64,000 nucleotides of DNA from an uncultured Acidobacteriota bacterium (GCA_963843885.1 CAWJMJ010000016.1:193168-257167), one strand, 5' to 3'. Shown: positions 11,068 to 22,128, numbered from the stretch's first letter. Made by a program: numbers and translations. Notes: generated from the letters alone by a model not told the origin.

Positions 11068-12161
11068 ATGCCCGCGCCCCTCCGCCGCCGTATCGGTCAG
11101 TTGCTCTTCGGAAGTCTGCCTGGCCGCGAGATGACCGTGGAGCTGCGCGCGCTGGCCCGCGAGTTCGATCTCGGCGGCGTGGTCCTCTTCTCCCGGAACG
11201 TCGAGAGCCCCGAGCAGGTGCTCGACCTGGCCACGTCGATCGAGGGGCTCGGTGTGGCCGCGCCCTCGTGGGTCAGCGTCGATCAGGAAGGTGGCCGCGT
11301 CGCCCGCCTGACCGCGCCCTTCACGGTGTGGCCGCCGATGGCCACTCTCGGCCGGGCGCCGTCGCCGGCGCTCGCCACCAGGTTCGCCACCGCGCTGGCG
11401 CGCGAGCTGCGCGCCGTCGGGGTCTCGCTCGATTTCGCGCCGGTGCTCGACATCAACACCAACCCCGCCAACCCGGTCATCGGCGATCGCGCGCTGTCGG
11501 CCGACGCGCGCGCGACCGCGGCGCTGGGCGCGGCCATCATCACCGCGCTGCAGGCGGGAGGGGTGGCCGCGTGCGGGAAGCATTTTCCGGGACACGGCGA
11601 CACCACCGTGGACTCGCATGTCGACCTGCCGGCCGTGGGTCACGCGCCCGATCGGCTGCGGGCCGTCGAGTTCGAGCCCTTCCGGGCAGCGATTGCCGCC
11701 GACGTGGCGTTCATCATGACCGCCCACGTGGTCGTGACGCTCGATCGACGAGTCACGGCCGGCCACCCTCTCACCGCGCGTGTTGCGCGTGCTGCGTGAC
11801 GAACTCGGGTTCCAGGGCGTCGTGGTCAGCGACGACCTGGACATGCAGGCCATCGCCAAGACCTGGACGCCGCCCGAGGCGGCCACGGCGGCGGCAGCCG
11901 CCGGATGTGACGCGATGCTCGTGTGCAGCGGCGATGTGAACGTGCAGGCGGCGACGCTCGAGGCGCTGGTCAAGGCGGTCGAGTCGGGGGCCCTGCCGCT
12001 GGCGCGCGTAGACGACGCCCTGGCGCGCCTGCGGCCGCGCCAAGGCGCGGTTCCTGGGTGGCCCGCGGGCCCCGCTGCGCGACCGGCTGCGCGCCTGGCG
12101 CGGCGTGGTTGGATGCGAGGAGCATCAGCTCGTCGCCGCGGAAATGGCAGGCTTCGCGTGA
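11068..12161 (+). CDS. nagZ: beta-N-acetylhexosaminidase (GH3), frame break near 11.76 kb and 12.03 kb
   Basis: VDQEGGRVARL, GKHFPGHGDTTVDSHVDLP, FQGVVVSDDLDMQAI. Stop TGA at 12159-12161. Confidence 0.85.
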
Positions 12162-13112
12162 TTGCCGCCGACCGCCGCACCGAGGGCGGCCGCAACCGCC
12201 CGCGCCGTCTCCAGCCCGGTGATCGCGTTGCGCTCGTGGCCCCGGCCAGCCCGGTCAAGCCCGAGGATGTGGACCGCGGCGCCTACGAACTCCGGGCCCT
12301 CGGCTTCGAGCCGGTGTGCGACGATCGCGTGCGCGCCCGTCATGGCTACGTCGCCGGCTGGCCGGCGCTCCGCGTCTCGGCGTTGGCCGACGCCTGGCGC
12401 GATCCGTCGATTCGCGCCCTGGTGGCCGTGCGCGGCGGCTATGGCAGCCAGCAGTTGCTGCCTCTGCTCGACCCGCGATGGCTGGCCGCCGACGCCCAAA
12501 GTGTTCATCGGCTACAGCGACGTCACGGCGCTGCTGACCTGGCAGGTCATGCACGGCATGGTGGCGTTCCACGGGCCGATGGTGGAAGGACGGCTGGCGC
12601 AGGGGCATGCGGGGTACGACCGCGCGTCGCTACTGGCCGCCGTGGCGCAACCGGTGGCCATGGGCACGCTGGCTCCGGCCGGGCTCGAGGTCTTCCGCGC
12701 GGGTGAGGCCGCCGGCGTGCTGATGGGCGGCACGCTCACGCAACTCTCGTCGCTCCTGGGCACCCCGTTCGCGAGCATTCCCCGCGAGCCCGCCATCCTG
12801 TTCATCGAGGACGTCGGCGAGCGGCCGTACCGGCTCGACCGCATGATGACGCAGCTCCACCAGGCCGGGATGTTCCGGCACGTCACCGGTGTGCTCCTGG
12901 GAGCGTTTCCCGGATGCGACGAGGGCGGCGGCGGACCCACGGCCCGGGCCGTGCTCGCCGATCTGTTCGCGCATTTTCCCGGCCCGGTCGTGTTTGGATT
13001 CCCGTCGGGCCACACCACGGAACCGCTCATCACGCTGCCTTTCGGCGTTCGTGCGCGGCTGCTCGCCGGCACCGCTCCGGCGTTGTCCATCGAAGAACCC
13101 GCGGTCTGTTGA
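12158..13112 (+). CDS. ldcA: LD-carboxypeptidase (muramoyltetrapeptide carboxypeptidase), one frame break
   Basis: VALVAPASP, RGGYGSQQLLPLLD, KVFIGYSDVTALL (Ser nucleophile motif), FPSGHT. GTGA overlap with nagZ and TGATG overlap with mpl. Confidence 0.85.
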
Positions 13113-14513
13113 TGGCGCGCCGGGTGCATCTCATCGGCATCTGCGGGACGGCCATGGCCACCCTGGCCGCGCTGCTGAAGTCGCGCGGTGACGACGTGCG
13201 CGGATCGGACGAGCACGTTTATCCGCCGATGAGCGACTTCCTGGCGGCCGAGGGCATCCCCATCCTCGAAGGCTACGCGGCCGCGCACATCACCGACGAC
13301 CTGGATCTCGTGGTCGTCGGCAACGCCGTGTCGCGCGGCAATGTCGAACTCGAGGCCGTGCTCGATCGCTCGCTGCGCTATGCGTCGCTACCCGAGACGA
13401 TTCGCGACACGTTCCTGTGGGACGCCGATGCGGTGGTGGTGGCCGGCACGCACGGCAAGACCACCACCACCTCGCTCACGGCCTGGGTGCTGACCAGCGG
13501 CGGGGCCGATCCGTCGATGCTGGTCGGCGGCATCGCCAAGAACTTCGGCGCCGGCGGCGCCAGCTACCGCGTCGGCCGCGGTCGCGCGTTCGTCATCGAG
13601 GGCGACGAATACGACAGCGCCTACTTCGACAAGACCGCCAAGTTCCTCAAGTACCTGCCGGATATCGCCGTCGTCAACAACGTCGAGTTCGACCACGCCG
13701 ACATCTACGCCGACCTGGCGGCGGTGCGGCTGGCGTTTGCGCGCTTCGTGCTGCTGGTGCCTCAGCGGGGGCTGGTGCTGCTCGGCGCCGACAGCCCGGT
13801 GGCCGCGGCGCTGGCGCCCCAGGCGCGTTGCCGGGTGCAGACCTTCGGGCTGTCCGAGGGCGCCACCTGGCGGGCCAGCGCCCTGACCGCGCACGGCGAG
13901 GGCACGCGCTTCACGGTGCACGGCCCCGACGGCGTGACGGGCGAGTTCGAGGTGCCGCTTGCTGGGCGCCCACAACGTCCGCAACGCCCTGGCGGCCGTG
14001 GCCGTCGGCCACGAGTGCGGCCTGGGCGTGACGGCCTTGCGCACCGGGTTGGCGACCTTCGCCGGGGTGAAGCGCCGGCTCGAAGTCGTGGGGGAACGGC
14101 GGGGCGTCACCGTCTACGACGACTTCGCCCACCATCCCACGGCGGTGGCCGAGACGATTGCCGCCATGCGCGGCTCGCGGCCGGGTCACCGGCTGTGGAC
14201 GATCTTCGAGCCGCGCTCGGCCTCGTCGTGCCGGCGCGTGTTCCAGGACGACTTCGCGACGGCGTTCGGCGGCGCCGACGAGGTCGTGATCGCGCCGGTG
14301 TATCGCAGCGCGCTGCCCGAATCCGAGCGCCTGTCGGGCACGCAGCTTATCGCCGACCTGCAGGCGGCGGGCGTATCAGCCCGGCAACTTCCCGGCGTGG
14401 ACGAGATCGTCACGCACCTGATCACGCACGCGGCCCCTGGTGACGACGTCGTGGTCATGTCGAACGGCGGTTTTGGCGGCATCCACAAGAAGCTGCTCGA
14501 GGCGCTGGCATGA
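13112..14513 (+). CDS. mpl: UDP-N-acetylmuramate:L-alanyl-gamma-D-glutamyl-meso-diaminopimelate ligase, one inserted base near 13.96 kb
   Basis: HLIGICGTAMATLAALLKSRGDDVRGSDEHVYPPMSDFL (Mpl signature VYPPMS), GTHGKTTTTS, EGDEYDSAYFDK, HNVRNALAA, DDFAHHPTA. Confidence 0.9.
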
Positions 14514-15212
14514 GCGGCCCGCTGTCGCGGCCGCGCCTGCACCACTCGGGCGACGCGCTGGTGCTCGTCCAGTTGGAGGCGCGGGTGGCACCGGAGGTCA
14601 ACGCGCGCGTGGTGGCGCTGGCCGAGGCCATCGTCGCGGCACACGTGCCTGGGGTGCGCGACGTAGTGCCCGGTTACGCCGCGGTCGGCGTGCACGTCGA
14701 CCCGCTGCACTTCGACGCCTCGGCCCTGGAACAGGTCGTGGCCCATGCGTGGGACGTGACCGGACCCGAGCCGGCGGCGGCGCGAGTGGTGGAGATTCCC
14801 GTGTGCTACGGCGGCTCCTACGGGCCGGACCTCGAGGCGGTGGCGGCCTTTGCCCGGTGCACCCCGGATGACGTGGTGCGGCGCCATGCCGCCGAGACGT
14901 ATCGCGTCTACATGCTCGGCTTCCTGCCCGGCTTCGCCTATCTGGGCACCGTCGACGCCAGTATCGCGATGGCGCGTCGCGCGACGCCGCGCGAGCGTGT
15001 GCCGGCCGGATCGGTTGGCATCGCCGGTCTCCAGACCGGTGTCTATCCCATGCCCGAGCCCCGGCGGGTGGCAACTCATCGGCCGGACCCCCTGGACGAT
15101 GTTCGATGCCAGCCGCATCGCCCCGGCGGTCGTGCGCGCGGGCGACCGGGTGCGCTTTCGGCCGGTGCCGGCGGGCGAGTGGGACCGCCTGGCGGGCGGT
15201 CCACGGCCATGA
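14510..15212 (+). CDS. pxpB: 5-oxoprolinase subunit B / allophanate hydrolase subunit 1 (KipI family), one frame break
   Basis: VPGYAAVGVHVD, VYMLGFLPGFAYLG, then GGWQLIGRTPWTMFD in another frame. Confidence 0.8.
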
Positions 15213-16165
15213 GCCCCGCCGCCGGTCTCACCGTGCTCCGCCCGGGCCTGCTCACCACGGTGCAGGACCTGGGACGGTGGGGCAGCCAGGCGCTGGGCGT
15301 GCCGGTCAGCGGCGCCATGGATTCGCTAGCCCACCGGTTGGCCAACGCGCTCGTCGGCAACCGCGACACGGCCGCCACGCTGGAGGTGACGCTGCTCGGG
15401 CCGGAGCTGCGTGCCGAGCGCCCGCTGGTCGTCGCCGTCGCCGGCGCCGAGTTCAGCCTCACCGTGGACGGCCGGCCCGTCCCGCACCAGGCGCCCTTTG
15501 CCATGGCAGCCGGCGCCGTGCTCCGCTTCGGCGCGCGCCACGGCGGCAGCCGCGCCTACCTGGCGGTCGCCGGAGGCATCGCCACGCCGGTCGTGATGGG
15601 AAGCCGCAGCACGCATCTCGTGAGCGCCATGGGCGGGCTCGACGGCCGCGCGCTGGTGGGCGGCGACGTGCTCCCGGTCACGCCGGCTGACCGCCCTGGG
15701 CTGCCGCGTGGCGCCCGTCCCTATACCCGCCCGGCGCCGACGGCCCCGTCGCGGCTGCGGGTCGTGCTCGGACCGCAGGACGCCTGGTTCTCGCGGGAGG
15801 CCATCGCGACGCTGCTGCGCGAGGAGTTCCGGGTGTCGACCACGTCGAACCGCATGGGCTTCCGTCTCGAAGGGCCGACGCTCGCGGCCGTACGCCTCGA
15901 CGAGCCGCTTTCGGAGCCGGTGCCGTTCGGCGCCATCCAGGTTCCGGCCAGCGGCCAGCCGATTCTGCTCATGGCCGATCGCCAGACCGCCGGCGGTTAT
16001 CCGAAGATCGCCACCGTCATTTCCGCCGACCTGCCCGTGGCCGGACAACTCGGTCCCGGTGACGTCATGCGCTTTACGGCATGCACGCGAGCCGAGGCGC
16101 GGGCCGCGCTGGTCACGCGCGAGCGCGAGCTGCTGCGAGCCATGCCCGAGGAGTTTCCGGTATGA
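15209..16165 (+). CDS. pxpC: 5-oxoprolinase subunit C / allophanate hydrolase subunit 2 (KipA family)
   Basis: LTVLRPGLLTTVQDLGRWGSQALGVPVSGAMD, SNRMGFRLEG, ADRQTAGGYPKIATVI. Intact. Confidence 0.85.
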   Translation: MSPAAGLTVLRPGLLTTVQDLGRWGSQALGVPVSGAMDSLAHRLANALVGNRDTAATLEVTLLGPELRAERPLVVAVAGAEFSLTVDGRPVPHQAPFAMAAGAVLRFGARHGGSRAYLAVAGGIATPVVMGSRSTHLVSAMGGLDGRALVGGDVLPVTPADRPGLPRGARPYTRPAPTAPSRLRVVLGPQDAWFSREAIATLLREEFRVSTTSNRMGFRLEGPTLAAVRLDEPLSEPVPFGAIQVPASGQPILLMADRQTAGGYPKIATVISADLPVAGQLGPGDVMRFTACTRAEARAALVTRERELLRAMPEEFPV

Positions 16166-17100
16166 GTGGCTTCGCCGAGGTGTTGCGGCAGGGCTTTCCG
16201 GACCTGGCGGCGCACGTCAACGCGCCGCTGGCGCCGCTGACCACCTTCAAGGTCGGCGGCCCGGCCGACTGGCTGGTCGAGCCGCACGACGGCGACACCA
16301 TCGTGCGGCTGCTGAAGATCGCGCACGCCCACGGCGTGCCGGTGACGATGCTCGGCGGCGGCTCCAACGTGCTCGTCGCCAGCGCCGGTGTGCGCGGGCT
16401 GGTCATCCGTCCCCGCGGCGGCGCGATGCAGATGGTCGGACGCGATCGCGTCCGCGTCGACGTCGCCGTGACCATCAACGCGCTGGTGCGCTGGACGGTG
16501 GCGCGCGGGCTGGGGGGCGTCGAAGCGTGGGCCGGCACACCCGGCACGGTGGGCGGCGCCGTCCATGGCAACGCGCACTGGCAGAACGCCAACATCGGCG
16601 ACCTGATCGACAGCGTGCGCGTCGCCGGCCGCGACGGCAGCTTGCGGCAGGTCGATCAGGACCGCATGGACTTCGGCTACGACACGAGCCGCCTGCAGCG
16701 CAGCGGCGAGATCGCCATCTGGGCGGCGCTCCGCGTGACGCCGGGGCAGGAGCCCGACCGGCTGCGGGCCGTGGCCCGCGCGTCGCTGGCCTTCCGGAAG
16801 CGGACCCAGCCGCTGGCGTCACCGAGCGCCGGCTGCATCTTCCAGAACCCGCAGCCCGGCCGCGACCGCGTGCCCGAAGGCATTCCGCCGTCGGCCGGAG
16901 CGCTGGTCGATCGCGCCGGGCTGAAGGGGCACGCCTGCGGCGGCGCGCGCGTGTCGCTGACGCACGGCAACTTCATCGTCAACGACGGCTCGGCGACGCC
17001 GGCGGACATCGCCGCGCTGGTCGAGCTGTGCCGCGCGCGGGTGGCTGACGCCTTCGGCGTGACCCTGCGCGAAGAGATCGTCAGGCTCGGCGTTTGGTAA
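16162..17100 (+). CDS. murB: UDP-N-acetylenolpyruvoylglucosamine reductase
   Basis: PLAPLTTFKVGGPADWLVEP, LGGGSNVLV, AGCIFQNP, GGARVSLTHGNFIVN. Intact. Confidence 0.9.
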   Translation: MSGFAEVLRQGFPDLAAHVNAPLAPLTTFKVGGPADWLVEPHDGDTIVRLLKIAHAHGVPVTMLGGGSNVLVASAGVRGLVIRPRGGAMQMVGRDRVRVDVAVTINALVRWTVARGLGGVEAWAGTPGTVGGAVHGNAHWQNANIGDLIDSVRVAGRDGSLRQVDQDRMDFGYDTSRLQRSGEIAIWAALRVTPGQEPDRLRAVARASLAFRKRTQPLASPSAGCIFQNPQPGRDRVPEGIPPSAGALVDRAGLKGHACGGARVSLTHGNFIVNDGSATPADIAALVELCRARVADAFGVTLREEIVRLGVW

Positions 17101-17116
17101 TGGACAGGAGCCCATC

Positions 17117-18409
17117 ATGTCGACGTTGCTCATCGAGGGAGGCCACCGGCTGTCGGGCGTGGTGGACGTGGAAGGCAACAAGAACGCTGCCTTGCCGCTC
17201 ATGGCCGCGACGTTGCTCACGACTGAACCGTGCGTGCTCACCAACGTGCCGCGCATCGTCGACGTCGACGTGATGGCGCGCCTGCTGCTCGATCTCGGCG
17301 CGGAGGTCGAGGGCATCGGCAGCCCGACGCTGCGCATCCGCTGCCAGGCGGTGACGTCGCACGAACCGGATCGCGCGCTGGTCGGCCGCCTGCGGGGGTC
17401 GGTGCTGCTGCTCGGGCCGCTGCTGGCGCGCGCGCGGCCGCGCCAGCGTGGCGCCGCCCGGCGGCGACTTCCCGGCCCGGCGCACCATCCGCACGCACAT
17501 CGAAGCGCTGACCGCCATGGGCGCCGAGCACGTGACCGGGGCAGGGCCACCGCCTCGAAGCGCCGCGCGGGCTGAAGGCGGCGTCGATCTACCTCGACGA
17601 GGCGTCGGTGACCGGCACCGAGACGGCGCTCCTGGCGGCGGCAGCGGCGCCCGGCATCTCGGAGATCCGCCACGCCGCCTGCGAGCCGCACGTCGTCGAG
17701 CTGTGCGAATTCCTGTCGCGCGATGGGCGTCGGCATCACGGCGCCGGCACGCACACCATCCGGGTCGAGGGCGGCACGCGGCTGGGCGGCGCGACCAAGG
17801 CGCTCTACGGCGACTACATCGAGGCCGGGAGCTGGGCGGTGGTTGGCGCGATCACCGGCGGGGAAATCGAGATCCGGGGGCGCGCGGGCCATCGACATGG
17901 AAGTCGTCACGGCCGCGCTGCGCAAGCTGTCGGTCGGCGCTGCGGCACGGACGACGACGTGCTTCGTGTGCGAGCCGTCGCGCGCTGATCGGCGCCGGCC
18001 GCATCACGACCGGGCTGTGGCCCGGGTTTCCGAGCGACCTGGTCAGCCTCGTGACCGTGCTCGCGACCCAGGCCGACGGGCGCACCCTGGTGCACGACTG
18101 GATGTACGAGCTGCGGCTGTTCGCGCTCGAGCAGATGAGCGGCATGAGCGCGGACCTGTTCCTGTGCGATCCGCACCGCATCATCGTCAGCGGCCCGGCC
18201 AAGCTCGCGGCAAGCCGCTCGACAGCCGCGACATCCGCTCGGGCATGGCGCTGATCGCCGCGGCGCTGGCCGCCACGGGACAGAGTCGGGTCGAGCCGCT
18301 CGAGACGGTCGAGCGCGGCTACGGCCCGCTGGTGGAGCGCCTGCAGACGCTCGGCGCGCAGGTGTCGAGAAGTCTGAGCGTCCGGGCGGCGGACGCGGCG
18401 GCGGTTTGA
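17117..18409 (+). CDS. murA: UDP-N-acetylglucosamine 1-carboxyvinyltransferase (frame broken many times)
   Basis: MSTLLIEGGHRLSGVVDVEGNKNAALPLMAATLL, TGTETALLAAAAAPG, WPGFPSDLVSLVTVLATQADG, DIRSGMALIAAALAATG, ERGYGPLVERLQTLGAQV. Confidence 0.9.
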
Positions 18410-20249
18410 GCGGCTTGGCCGGGCTCGGGCGGCGGCGGCAGCGCGGCTGCAGCGTGGGCACCGGCCGGCGTGGGCGCCGCCGGGCCGCTCGGCCGGCGGA
18501 ACGGCATCGGCGCGCGGGCGGGCGCGGCGGCTCGGGGGAATCGGCAGCGTCGATGACCGTGGAGGTGCCGGTGTCGCGGCCGACGCGGAACGGCCGCAGA
18601 TCCGCCTCGGTCAGGTCGAGCACGCGCACGATGTGCGGCGTCAGCGTGAGGATGATGTCGGTCTCCTGCGTCTCGCGTGCGGTTGTGCGCGAACAGCCGG
18701 CCGAGCAGCGGCAGGTCGCTCAGCCCGGGGACGCCCGACAGCGATCGTTCCGCTCGTCGTCGCGGATCAGCCCGGCGAGCATGTTGGTCTCGCCGTCGCT
18801 CAGCCGGATGACGGTGTTGATCTCGCGGTTGCCGAACGTCGGCAGGCCGCCGAAGCCGGCGCCCGAGATGCTGCTCACCTCGATCTTCAGGGCCAGCGAC
18901 ACCTCGTCGTCGTGATGCGTGCGCGGCGTGATGTCGATGTTGACGCCGATGTTCTCGTAGTTGAACGAGGTGATCGGCTGCTGGTTGACGCCGCCGGTGG
19001 CGATCGGCGCGAAGGTGGTGACCGGCACCGGCACCCGCTCGCCGAAGCGCGCCTGCGCCGGCGATGCCTTCCGACGTGCGCAGCTGCGGGTTGGCCAGCG
19101 TGCGGGTGTTGGCGTCGTTCTTGAGCAGGCGGTAGTAGAGGCCGGGCAGGTTGGTGAGGAAGACGCCGGACGGGCGTGAGGTTGCGCAGGTCGCGCAGCG
19201 TGAGGTCGCCGCGGTTGCACGTCGGCCTGGCCGTCGATGCCGGTCGGCGATTCGGCCGGCGACGCGATCTGCAGGCCGTACTCGCGCAGGCGCGTGCGAT
19301 CGACCTCGAGCAGCTCGACGTCGATCACCACCTCGGGCCGCGCCTTGTCGATGGCCTGCGATCGATGCGGCCGGCGGCGGCCACGCGCTCGGGCGTGTCC
19401 TTGATGCGAGATCGCGTTGGTGGCGGTCATCGGCGCCATCCGCCGCGCGTCGACGACGATGCGGAGGAGGTCGATCGTCTCCTTGAGGTCGGCGTTGCTC
19501 AGGTAGAAGGTGCGGACGACCTCTTCTTCGTACTCGCGCCGCTTGGCGGGCGTGTCGGGCACGATGGTGATGGTGCGCGGCGCGGTGACGCGCCAGAAGG
19601 TGCGGGTCGCCGGCGAGACCGACGTCGAGCGCCTCCGCGAGCGCCGGCCTTGCGCAGGTCGACGCTGATCGGGGCTGTCGCGGAAGGCCGGGTCGAACAC
19701 GACGCTCAGGTTGGCGAACTTGCCGATGGCGGTGAAGACGTCGCGGGCGCTGGCGTCGCGGAAGATGAGCGAGTCGGGCAGGATGACGTCGGCGGGCACG
19801 TCGGCGCCCGGCAGCGGCGCGCGAGGCTGTCCTTGATGAGCGCCTCGAGCGTGGTCTTGCCGCCGCGGTCGAGCGCCACCTGCGTCCGCATCTGGGCGCG
19901 CACGCGTGCGGAGTTCGTCTTGGATCTGCCCGTTGGCCGGGTTGAGTTCGGCGGCGAGCTGATATTCGATCAGCGCTTCCTCGGTGCGGCCGCTGGCGTT
20001 GTGACGCCGGGCGCGCGCGAAGTGGTCCTGCGCGGCGCGCAGCTTGGCCCGGTCGAGGGCGAGACGGACGGCGCGGTCATCGGGCCGGGCCCGCGCAGCC
20101 TTGGTGTATTCGGCGACGGCCAGGTCGTAGTCTTGCTGTTGTTCGGCGGCCCGCGCCTGGTTGAGCGACGAGGTGGAGGCGCACGCCGCCGTCAGCAGCC
20201 CGAAGACGAGGGTCGCGGCGAGCGCGAGCGGGCGGCGGCTACTGCGCAT
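18319..20249 (-). CDS. secretin-family outer-membrane protein with lipobox signal peptide and N-terminal TPR region (frame broken; 3' end uncertain)
   Basis: MRSSRRPLALAATLVFGLLTAAC (lipobox), TPR-like AEYTKAARARPDD...IEYQLAAELNP, secretin N-domains (DVFTAIGKFANLSVVFDP, RTFYLSNADLKETIDLL), secretin core NIGVNIDITPRTHHDDEVSLALKIEVSS...GFGGLPTFGNREINTVIRLSDGETNMLAGLI...LPLLGRLF. Confidence 0.8.
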
Positions 20250-20917
20250 TGGTGATGACGTCCACGCCCTTTGGGACGCGGAACGCGAAGAGCGTATCGG
20301 GCGGGCGCTGATTCTCCTTCAGATTCGAGAAGACGAAGCTCGAGCGGCCGCCTTGCCGGTCGAGCGCCACCAGGTGACGGAATCTGGTAGGTGACCGGGT
20401 CCACGCCGACCGCCAGCCATTCGAAGTCCTGGTCGGGCCGCTTGGCAACGAGCTTGAGCCCGAGCAGCCCTGGGGCGGCGCCCGGGAGGTCCATGGCCGA
20501 GGCCTCGAAGTCGCGCACCAGGTTGGCCTGGCCGGTCAGGAACAGCGCCGGGGTGGTGTCGGCTCCGGTCGGGGCCGGGCTGACCATGACCTGCTTGTCG
20601 GCGGGAAAGTAAGCGTAGATCTTGACGCCGTCGGAGACGAATTCCTTCTTCTCGGGGGCCGTGTAGACCCAGCGCATGCGCCCGGGTCGCTTGATGACGA
20701 CGGTGCCACGCTCGGTCGTCTTGGTGCGCAGCACGCCGCCTTCGTAGGTCTGCGTGAAGTCGCCAGCGAAGTCGCGCACCCCGTCGTAGCGCGCCTGGAC
20801 GAGGCGGGCCAGTTCCGCCGGGGCCGGTGCCGACCCCTGCGCCGCAGCCAGGGCGGCGGCGCACAGCACCAGGCTGAGCGTCAGCAGACGGCCGGGACGG
20901 CGATGGGGGCTGGCCAC
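20239..20917 (-). CDS. lolA: LolA-family outer-membrane lipoprotein carrier protein (one frame break)
   Basis: Signal peptide, then RYDGVRDFAGDFTQTYEGG...VVIKRPGRMRWVYTAPEKKEFVSDGVKIYAYFPADKQV. Its 3' end overlaps the secretin start by 11 nt. Confidence 0.8.
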
Positions 20918-20995
20918 GCCCTCAGTATACGCAGTTGGCGGAGCAGCGGATGGGAAGGTGGTGGGCGGGTGCGGCGTCCGAGAGGTCGGGGGTGA

Positions 20996-21071
<76 letters not shown>

Positions 21072-21141
21072 AATGACCCCGGACGCGTTGTCACACGAAC
21101 CAGACAACCCGTAAATACTAGCACAGCGGCGGTCGCGGACG

Positions 21142-22128
21142 TCAGCCCAGCCACGCGTGCAGGGTGTACTCGGCACGCACGTAGTGAGCGCCGGCCGCTT
21201 CGTAAACGCGAATGACCGCGAAGTTGTAGTTCTGTGTCTGGTACTCGCCCATGCCGCCGCGGGCGTGCGACCAGAGCGTGGCGTCGCGGATGAGGCTGGC
21301 ATAGGCGCCCGGGCTGTCGCGACGGCAGGCGCCGAGTCCGCCGCCGTAAATCGGCATGCCGAGGCTCGAGGCCGGCTGGCGCCGGCGGTAGGCGAGATAC
21401 CCATTGAGGCGCCCGTCCGAATCCTCCGAGACCAGGATGATGTCGGCCATCGCGCCGCTGACGCACTGGCGCGCCCACTCCACGTAGAGTTCGTCGGCGC
21501 GGGCCGAGGACAGGTGCGGGTCGAGGTGGAAGCGGCCGCGGTAGCCCTGATAGGCCTCGCGCGTGATGTCGATGATGGCCGGGTGATCGTCCGGGCGCGA
21601 TGCGCGGATGACGCCGACCGTCCGGACGTCGCGCGGCGGATCCTTGACCGGCCGCATGATGTAGGTGACGAGCGCGTCCATCGTGCGGAAGCCGTGCTCC
21701 TCGAGGACGCCGAGGGTGTCGAGGTCGGCCACGTCGACGCGCGCGGTCAGGTGCTTCACCCCGGCGGCCTGTGCCGCCGCGCAGGCGGCGCCGATGACGG
21801 CGACGCGATCGTCGAGCGAAGCGGCCGGGGTCGCGACGACGTAGTCGATGCGGGCCATGGGCAGGCCGAAGAAGGCGCTGTCCCAGTCAAGTGGGCGGGC
21901 CACGACGGCCGCCCGCGGGCGCTCGTCGCCCACCACGCGGCTGAACTCGCCGGGCACGGCCAGGGCGCTGGTCACCTCGGCCTGCAAAATGGCGAGCTGC
22001 TCCTTGCGCGAGTAGGTCCGGTACTGGCGGTACGGCTTGAAGGCATGACCTTCGAGCAGCGCCGTCAGGTCGTCAGGGCGCAGAGCAGCAAGCGGCAGCG
22101 GTTCGGACATCGGCAACAGGGGCCGCAC
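21142..22128 (-). CDS. WecD-like GNAT N-acetyltransferase (TDP-4-amino-4,6-dideoxy-sugar acetyltransferase family) with ~90-aa N-terminal extension
   Basis: Intact 328-aa ORF. RPLDWDSAFFGLPMARI, LEEHGFRTMDALVTY, GRFHLDPHLSSARADELYVEWARQCV and QTQNYNFAVIRVYEAAGAHYVRAEYTLHAW parallel, from my memory of it, the E. coli WecD sequence in the same order. Confidence 0.65.
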   Translation of the reverse strand: MRPLLPMSEPLPLAALRPDDLTALLEGHAFKPYRQYRTYSRKEQLAILQAEVTSALAVPGEFSRVVGDERPRAAVVARPLDWDSAFFGLPMARIDYVVATPAASLDDRVAVIGAACAAAQAAGVKHLTARVDVADLDTLGVLEEHGFRTMDALVTYIMRPVKDPPRDVRTVGVIRASRPDDHPAIIDITREAYQGYRGRFHLDPHLSSARADELYVEWARQCVSGAMADIILVSEDSDGRLNGYLAYRRRQPASSLGMPIYGGGLGACRRDSPGAYASLIRDATLWSHARGGMGEYQTQNYNFAVIRVYEAAGAHYVRAEYTLHAWLG

